Below are positions 58,172-64,000 of a DNA stretch of 64,000 bases, in pieces. Source of the DNA: Euryarchaeota archaeon UBA605 (GTDB taxonomy: Archaea > Thermoplasmatota > Poseidoniia > Poseidoniales > Thalassarchaeaceae); assembly GCA_002504905.1 (NCBI GenBank), contig DATY01000029.1, positions 78,306-142,305 on the forward strand. Direction: 5' to 3'. The notes under the pieces are model-generated. The model was not told where the DNA came from. It did no database searches and saw only the letters and a list, made by a program, of their open reading frames with translations. Both the position numbers and the translations under genes were made by a program. Positions within the stretch are counted from its first letter, which is position 1, and every line of letters starts with the position of its first letter.

Positions 58172-58453
58172 ATGGTTAAGATGCCGCGTAAAGTTATGCG
58201 TTACAGCCCTTCAGCAGGTAAGCACACTGAACATACAGTGGAGCGAGTTAAAAAAAGACGAGCTAGTGAATTAAAATGGGGTCAGAGAAGGTTCCGTAAA
58301 GTTACTTCAGGATACAGAGGTTTTCCAAGACCTAAGCCATCCGGTGAGAAGCCAACTAAACGTGTTAACCTAGTTTTCAGATGTACTGAAACAGGTAAGG
58401 GCCATTCACCTGCTGGAAAGCGTGCTAAGAAATTCGAACTAATTGATAAATAA
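58172..58453 (+). CDS. rpl44e: 50S ribosomal protein L44e
   Basis: KHTEHTVERVKK, WGQRRF, KPTKRVNL; head of the L44e-S27e-aIF2a-Nop10-PAC2 cluster. Confidence 0.95.
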   Translation: MVKMPRKVMRYSPSAGKHTEHTVERVKKRRASELKWGQRRFRKVTSGYRGFPRPKPSGEKPTKRVNLVFRCTETGKGHSPAGKRAKKFELIDK

Positions 58454-58466
58454 TTGAGGGATAATA

Positions 58467-58637
58467 ATGAGTGGAAGATTCATACGTGTAAGTTGCACAG
58501 ATTGTGGACATGAGACCATTATATTTGACAGGGCGTCAACCTCAATCGCTTGTTCAATCTGCGGTTCAACATTAGCAATATCCGCAGGTGGAAAAGCTAC
58601 TCTCTCAGGAAGCACAATTGTAGACGTCCTCGAATGA
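58467..58637 (+). CDS. rps27e: 30S ribosomal protein S27e
   Basis: Manually read 56 aa: MSGRFIRVSCTDCGHETIIFDRASTSIACSICGSTLAISAGGKA...; below ORF-track cutoff. Confidence 0.95.
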   Translation: MSGRFIRVSCTDCGHETIIFDRASTSIACSICGSTLAISAGGKATLSGSTIVDVLE

Positions 58638-58650
58638 AGGGGACAGAAAA

Positions 58651-59439
58651 ATGAGTGAAGCCGAGGAAATATGGCCCGAAGAAGGTGAACTCCTAGTTTG
58701 TACTGTTAAGGGAGTTAAAGAAAACGGTGCATATCTTAATCTAGACGGATACGGGGACAAAGAAGGTTTCGTATTTATTGGTGAAGTTGCTTCTGGATGG
58801 GTAAAAAATATTAGGGCACACTTGAGAGAAGGTCAACGAGTTGTTGCTAAAGTTGTGACAATCAAAAAGGATAGAGAGAGAGTAGATCTATCTATAAAAG
58901 CTGTATCTGCTGAAAGAAGAAAAGATACCCTGCAAACGTGGAAAAATCAACAGAGAGCAAATCAAATTATGCGTGTTGCTGCTCAAAGAGTTAATTGGGA
59001 TGAAGAAAAAACCGAAGCAATTTCTGAGGAAATGACAGAAAAATTTGGATCTTTATACGGAGCATTAGAAGAATGTGCTATCTCAGAAACTGCATTATCT
59101 GATTCAGGATTTACTGGTAAATGGATGAAAGTTGTTACAGAATTAGCTGTTGAAAATATAGTACCTCCATTTGTAGAAATTAGAGGCGTTTTTGATATTG
59201 AAGTATGGGGTTCTGAGGGTGTAGGTGCAATAAGAGAGGCTTTATCAGAAGCAGAGTTAGTTGTTGAAAATGAAGAAGAAGTTACTCTTACATGCCATTA
59301 TGATGGTGCACCACATTATAGAGTAGATATTAGAGCTCCTGATTATTCATTGGCAGAAAACGCATGGGAAGCAGCAAAGAAAGCCGCCGTCGAAAAAATT
59401 AATTCTGTAGAAGGGTCAATATCTATAGAAAGGCTATAA
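58651..59439 (+). CDS. eif2a: Translation initiation factor aIF2 alpha subunit
   Basis: WPEEGELLV, EVASGWVKNIR, VDLSIK, GAPHYR motifs. Confidence 0.95.
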   Translation: MSEAEEIWPEEGELLVCTVKGVKENGAYLNLDGYGDKEGFVFIGEVASGWVKNIRAHLREGQRVVAKVVTIKKDRERVDLSIKAVSAERRKDTLQTWKNQQRANQIMRVAAQRVNWDEEKTEAISEEMTEKFGSLYGALEECAISETALSDSGFTGKWMKVVTELAVENIVPPFVEIRGVFDIEVWGSEGVGAIREALSEAELVVENEEEVTLTCHYDGAPHYRVDIRAPDYSLAENAWEAAKKAAVEKINSVEGSISIERL

Positions 59440-59502
59440 TGAAGAATTTCGAAGGCATTAATTCATACACCCTCAAACACCACGTTAGTATGAGGAGTCA
59501 CC

Positions 59503-59724
59503 ATGGTACGTACCAAATTACAACGATGTATCGATTGTGGAGAATATGGGCTTGGGGATATTTGTAAGAGTTGTAATGGTAAAATGATAGCTGTAGCTCC
59601 GTTAAAATATTCTCCAGAAGATCCACAAGGAGCTCGGAGAAGACAGAGGGTTGATGCAGGTAGTGAAGAATGGATTGAATCTCTGCCAACTCCTCGTGAA
59701 GTGATTAAAGGAGAGGAAGAATGA
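59503..59724 (+). CDS. nop10: H/ACA RNP protein Nop10
   Basis: CIDCGEYGL..CKSC...PLKYSPEDPQG.RRR. Confidence 0.9.
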   Translation: MVRTKLQRCIDCGEYGLGDICKSCNGKMIAVAPLKYSPEDPQGARRRQRVDAGSEEWIESLPTPREVIKGEEE

Positions 59725-60482
59725 AAACAAAATTTCATTGGATAGTCGGGGATGGTTTACCCGAACATACAGCAATTCTTGAAGCGGTTCCAGGTGTTGG
59801 AAATGTGGGGAAAATTGTTGTAGATGCATTGGTAGAAAAACATCCTTCTAGAACTATTGGATGGATATTGCATCCTGATTTCCCCCCACATGCAACATTA
59901 TCAAAAAATGGATTATTATCTCCACCTAGGCTTGAAATCAATTCAGTAATACTTCCTGACGGTAAAACAATAATCACAATTGGTGGGAACTTACAACCCA
60001 TGACTGCAAAAGGACAATATGAAGTTGCTGAAAGTATTCTCGAAATGGCGAAGAAAAATAATACTCCAAAAATTCTAGTTCTAGCAGGCTTAGCAGCAGG
60101 TGCTGAAGATAGAGGTATTCATGTTATTTGTGCTGATTCAAATGTTAAGAAATCATTACAAGAAATTGATATTAATGTTACAGACGAACAACCCAAATCT
60201 GGAATGATTGGAATTGCGGGGTTACTAATTTCTCTATCACCATTACATGATGTACCTACAATTGGACTGGTTGCAGAAACAATAGGAGCCAGTGCTGACA
60301 CACTTGCTGCTGATAGGTTATCATCTTGGATTGAAGAGGGATTAGAATTACATCTGGATTTAGATTTAGATTCAACTGGAAAAATTGCTAGGAAACTATT
60401 AGCAACTATGGATGTTTCAGAAGATATTGATGAAATTCTGAATGGAAATGAAAAACAAAACGATTCAAATTTCTATGCTTAG
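59721..60482 (+). CDS. PAC2 family proteasome assembly chaperone-like protein
   Basis: PGVGNVGKI, DFPP, GNLQP, IGIAGLL; canonical position after nop10. Confidence 0.85.
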   Translation: MKTKFHWIVGDGLPEHTAILEAVPGVGNVGKIVVDALVEKHPSRTIGWILHPDFPPHATLSKNGLLSPPRLEINSVILPDGKTIITIGGNLQPMTAKGQYEVAESILEMAKKNNTPKILVLAGLAAGAEDRGIHVICADSNVKKSLQEIDINVTDEQPKSGMIGIAGLLISLSPLHDVPTIGLVAETIGASADTLAADRLSSWIEEGLELHLDLDLDSTGKIARKLLATMDVSEDIDEILNGNEKQNDSNFYA

Positions 60483-60490
60483 GTGATCTT

Positions 60491-61213
60491 ATGAGGATAC
60501 TTCTAGGAAGTGGAGGAATTAGAACGGAAGAAAGAAAAAATCTATTCCTTGATCTAGTTAAAGAAAACTTTGAGGGATGTAAAAAAGTAATTTTCATACC
60601 TTTTGCTAGTGGAGATTATGATGAGTATACAAGTTCAGTGAAGGAAATATTCAGTAATTTAGGATTTGAAATTGTAGGAATACATGAGCTTGAGAATCCA
60701 TTAGAAGAATTAGAAAATATGGAAGGAATTTATGTGGGAGGAGGGAATACATTCTCATTGGTTAAAAAATTACATGAGGAAAAAATGATAGAAATTATCA
60801 GGAAAAAAGTGCTCAATGACGGAATACCATATGCGGGAGTTAGTGCTGGAGCAAATGTTGCTTGTCCAACAATGCAAACTACTAATGATATGCCAATTGA
60901 TCTAGTTCCATCCTTTGAAACATTCAATATTATTCCTTTTCAAATTAATCCACATTACCATCCGGGAAAGATCTGGTGGAAAGAAAATGATACATTAAAC
61001 GAGCATTTCGGGGAAACAAGAAAAAAAAGAATACAAGAGTATCATATGAATCATGACACTCCGGTAATAGGATTGTATGAAGGTGCTTTTCTTACTTGTA
61101 ATGATGAAGGAATAGAACTTCTTGGCAACAAAGCCGCTGTAATAATCAAAGGTTTAGAGATAGAAACAATTTCTCCGAATATAAAAATGAACTATGATTT
61201 ATCCACCAGATGA
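60491..61213 (+). CDS. pepE: Dipeptidase E (peptidase S51)
   Basis: FIPFA, VGGGNTF, GVSAGANV, TTNDMP, QINPHY, GETR. Confidence 0.93.
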   Translation: MRILLGSGGIRTEERKNLFLDLVKENFEGCKKVIFIPFASGDYDEYTSSVKEIFSNLGFEIVGIHELENPLEELENMEGIYVGGGNTFSLVKKLHEEKMIEIIRKKVLNDGIPYAGVSAGANVACPTMQTTNDMPIDLVPSFETFNIIPFQINPHYHPGKIWWKENDTLNEHFGETRKKRIQEYHMNHDTPVIGLYEGAFLTCNDEGIELLGNKAAVIIKGLEIETISPNIKMNYDLSTR

Positions 61214-61399
61214 AACTACGATTAATTCTATTTTTATATCTTCACTAATTGTTGAAGAATTAGGGATAATTGAATCATTGAAAACTGCTAGAACTGTTGA
61301 AGAAGGAATGTCTAACTCTGTTAGAATTGAAGAAATAGTTGCAGGTGTCTCGGACTCGAAAAACAGACTATCATTTTGGTAAACAACTTCGACTCGCAT
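61199..61399 (-). CDS. ThiS/SAMP2-like ubiquitin-fold protein
   Basis: 66 aa ending IELIVVSSGG; start reassigned to MRVEVVY. Confidence 0.85.
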   Translation of the reverse strand: MRVEVVYQNDSLFFESETPATISSILTELDIPSSTVLAVFNDSIIPNSSTISEDIKIELIVVSSGG

Positions 61400-61452
61400 A
61401 TACGCTTCGAAACGGGTCACGCTTATGACCAATACGCATCTAGGAATATTTA

Positions 61453-61538
61453 GCCGAGATCGCATAGCCCGGTATTGCGATGGATTCGAAATCCATTGTC
61501 CGTTGGACGCGGGGGTTCAAATCCCTCTCTCGGCGCCA
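61453..61538 (+). tRNA. tRNA-Ser(CGA)
   Basis: GCCGAGA...ATGGA-TT-CGA-AA-TCCAT, long variable arm, GTTCAAATC, ends GCCA. Confidence 0.95.
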
Positions 61539-61585
61539 GAAATAAATATAGGTTAATTGATAAATAAAAATAGATTAGAATTAAT

Positions 61586-62278
61586 ATGCCTCAATATGAA
61601 ATTGTTGATAGTGAAGAATTAAGAATGGTAAAAGTCACATTAAATGGAGATACGGTGCGTGGAGAATCAGGTGCACTTCATTACATGATTGGTAATATAG
61701 AAATGGTAACTAAAGCACCAAGTGTAGGAGGTTTTCTGAAGTCAATGGTTTCTGGAGAATCAGTATTTAGACCTACATTTACCGGAGTGGGCGAAGTATA
61801 TTTTGGACCACCAACATTTGGAGAATACCATATTTTAGAGTTGGATGGTAATTCAATGGTTCTAGACTCAGGAGCATATGTGTGTTCAGATGAAGGAATA
61901 GAAGTAGGAATTATCAGAAATAAAGGTATGTCAATGTTGGCTGGAGGTGAAGGAATCTGGCAAACTACTGTTTCTGGAACTGGAACTTTAATATATTATT
62001 CAGAAGGACCTATTCAGGAAATCAATCTTTCAAATAGTACTCTTACGGTTGATGGCAATTTTGCAGTTGCTAGAGATGCATCATTAAATTTCGAAACAAG
62101 AATGTTAGGGAAAGGACTAATGTCAAAAATAGCAGGCGGAGAAGGATTCGTCAATATAATTTCAGGAACTGGAAAAGTATACCTCTCACCTGTTCCGAGT
62201 CGTTTCAATAATTTAGCAGGAAGAGTAATCAATGATACAGTAAGTGGAATGATTCCTTTCTTAAATAGAAATAATTAA
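61586..62278 (+). CDS. AIM24 (DUF124) family protein
   Basis: ESGAL, SGESVF, GGEGIW, GGEGFV..SGTGKVY repeats. Confidence 0.88.
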   Translation: MPQYEIVDSEELRMVKVTLNGDTVRGESGALHYMIGNIEMVTKAPSVGGFLKSMVSGESVFRPTFTGVGEVYFGPPTFGEYHILELDGNSMVLDSGAYVCSDEGIEVGIIRNKGMSMLAGGEGIWQTTVSGTGTLIYYSEGPIQEINLSNSTLTVDGNFAVARDASLNFETRMLGKGLMSKIAGGEGFVNIISGTGKVYLSPVPSRFNNLAGRVINDTVSGMIPFLNRNN

Positions 62279-62280
62279 GC

Positions 62281-63999
62281 TCAAAATGGCTTTAAATCTT
62301 CAGAGCTTTTCAATAGAACTACACGAGCGCCGGGGCCTAAACGTACTTGCTTTTGTCCAGCGAACTCTCCAATTTCGCCATTTAAAATCGCAATTTCATC
62401 TCCTCTAGATAAGCCTGCAGCAATTATGGGAATGAATTGCTTGAATGCCACAATACCTACAGATCCACTACTATCAACCAAAGTGATAGCCCAACGAGAA
62501 ACACCTTTTCCATTCGGGAAGGCATTTATAGACCAGATTCTACCGACTACATTTACTCTAGTTTCTATATCAATCATCTCTGAACTCTCTTCATCTTCAA
62601 CAACATAAATACTAGATTCAGAATCTAGATCTATCACCAACTCGCTTTTCCAAATGGAGGTTAATGCATTTTCAATTTTAACTCTAGAATCATTTTGAAT
62701 AGAGCGAGAAACTTTCTTTAGACCGCCTTGACGATGTGTTCTGACCTTCGCCCTTTCATAACCATCAACCAATCTGAATGTTAATTCAATACTACCATCA
62801 GATTTTAGCGTTGGTCCACTCAACTCTCTTACTTCACCAATTACTGTATGGCGAGTCTTAATTTCTTGCATAGGAGTTATTGGCCACGCATGAGAGAATT
62901 TCTCAAGTCTTTTTTCAGAAGGTAAAATTAATTCATAATTACTATTTTCACAAATTCCTCTTAGTTCACATCTATTGCAACGTGCCTTAGGATCGGGGTC
63001 AACAGCTACCTCAGAAGGTATTCCTCCAACTTCAAAATATCTTAAAGGAGAAGGATTAGCGGGAAAATCAGAGATTTCAAGTGAATCATTGTTGTGTAAC
63101 TTTTGATATAATTTCTCTAAATCTATATTCAACTGAGACATTTCTTTTTCACTCGGTATAGGAACTTGTTTAATTGTACCTGGACCTAAGTACCAGACTT
63201 CAAGAGATTCTACCTCGTTATTTCTAGAATGCGTTTCCCACCATAACCATGAATATAATCTCAATTGTTCAACATAGCCTCCTGAACGATCACCCTTACC
63301 TACAGAAGCTTTCAAGTCTACGATTCTGATTTTACCATTCCAACGATAGACCAAATCATATTCTCCCTGAAACCAGTCATCAGGGTGGCAAGTAGTCTCT
63401 GTAAATCCTGATGCATCTGGATCTACAAACCAAGGACGAGAGATTTCCCATGCCTCAACCCATGAAACACTAGAACCACTTTTTTGGGAGCATGGATGAG
63501 GAGATTTCCAATCTTTCGGAAATCCATCCGGAGATGGCCATTCAGGACGATATTGACCAACTCTCCAAGAATCTAAATTTGGTCCCCCATTATTATTCAT
63601 ACATGACTCAACTTGATCTAAATGAAGTCTAAGTCCGGCCTCTATCATTTGCATACCCTCATCAGGATTAATATCATCTGATTTACCTACACGATTTGGA
63701 CTTGATTCCCAATCAGAAATTGCATTGTTCCAACAATAATCGAAATGGACTTTTGCGCGAGAAATTGCCCATTCTTCTAATTCTTCTCTATTCTTAGGCC
63801 ATGAATCTTGTTCTCTTGTATCTAATTGAGGACCAATCCATCCAGTATCAGAATCATATGATACTGAACCGTCTTCATTCAGAGGAGAGGAAATCAAATT
63901 TCCATCATTAGGAGAAATTAGAACTGGAGATTCACGAAGTACTCTAGAGATACAATCTTCTACCGCATTACCCCTTAATATCTGTGGAGGTAGAGGACT
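62281..63999 (-). CDS. PD-(D/E)XK nuclease (Cas4/AddB-like) fused to two C-terminal OB folds; 5' end outside the window
   Basis: Frame open to the window edge (…PQILRGNAVE…); QGEYDLV..IVDLKAS..QLRLY; CNRCELRGIC; VNVVGRI..ITLVDSSG OB-fold pattern. Confidence 0.8.
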   Translation of the reverse strand, partial: SPLPPQILRGNAVEDCISRVLRESPVLISPNDGNLISSPLNEDGSVSYDSDTGWIGPQLDTREQDSWPKNREELEEWAISRAKVHFDYCWNNAISDWESSPNRVGKSDDINPDEGMQMIEAGLRLHLDQVESCMNNNGGPNLDSWRVGQYRPEWPSPDGFPKDWKSPHPCSQKSGSSVSWVEAWEISRPWFVDPDASGFTETTCHPDDWFQGEYDLVYRWNGKIRIVDLKASVGKGDRSGGYVEQLRLYSWLWWETHSRNNEVESLEVWYLGPGTIKQVPIPSEKEMSQLNIDLEKLYQKLHNNDSLEISDFPANPSPLRYFEVGGIPSEVAVDPDPKARCNRCELRGICENSNYELILPSEKRLEKFSHAWPITPMQEIKTRHTVIGEVRELSGPTLKSDGSIELTFRLVDGYERAKVRTHRQGGLKKVSRSIQNDSRVKIENALTSIWKSELVIDLDSESSIYVVEDEESSEMIDIETRVNVVGRIWSINAFPNGKGVSRWAITLVDSSGSVGIVAFKQFIPIIAAGLSRGDEIAILNGEIGEFAGQKQVRLGPGARVVLLKSSEDLKPF

Positions 64000-64000
64000 C

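Noticed and set aside
62281..63999. Cas4-like motifs as evidence of a CRISPR-Cas or defence locus
   Set aside because: No array or other cas genes in the window; the OB-fold fusion and housekeeping context favour DNA repair

Overview
AT-rich, densely packed archaeal chromosome segment. Archaeal ribosomal proteins, PolD small subunit, aIF2-alpha, Nop10 and archaeal TyrRS/PheRS sit alongside many bacterial-type catabolic genes and large secreted proteins. This mix fits Marine Group II Euryarchaeota (Poseidoniales), which is an inference from gene content only. The window has about 65 CDS and 7 intron-less tRNA genes, all with encoded CCA; I saw no rRNA, CRISPR array, integrase or transposase. 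Main candidates for something new: (1) a ~9 kb cell-surface cluster (19.6-28.3 kb) with two His-rich LVIVD-type beta-propeller paralogues, two SCO1/SenC lipoproteins carrying inserted domains and two cupredoxin-like proteins predicted to mature to an N-terminal His, possibly an uncharacterised copper enzyme with its maturation kit; (2) a tRNA-flanked accessory region (28.4-34.8 kb) with two copies of an unannotated 29-aa hydrophobic microprotein gene (7 synonymous vs 1 non-synonymous difference, shared upstream region), one directly ahead of a eukaryote-type (6-4) photolyase/cryptochrome gene; (3) a recurrent promoter signature (weak TATA-like 5-mer, then CG exactly 7 nt before the start codon) and an 84-nt hairpin leader before the rpoE1 operon. 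All family calls come from motif recognition by eye; no database search was run.
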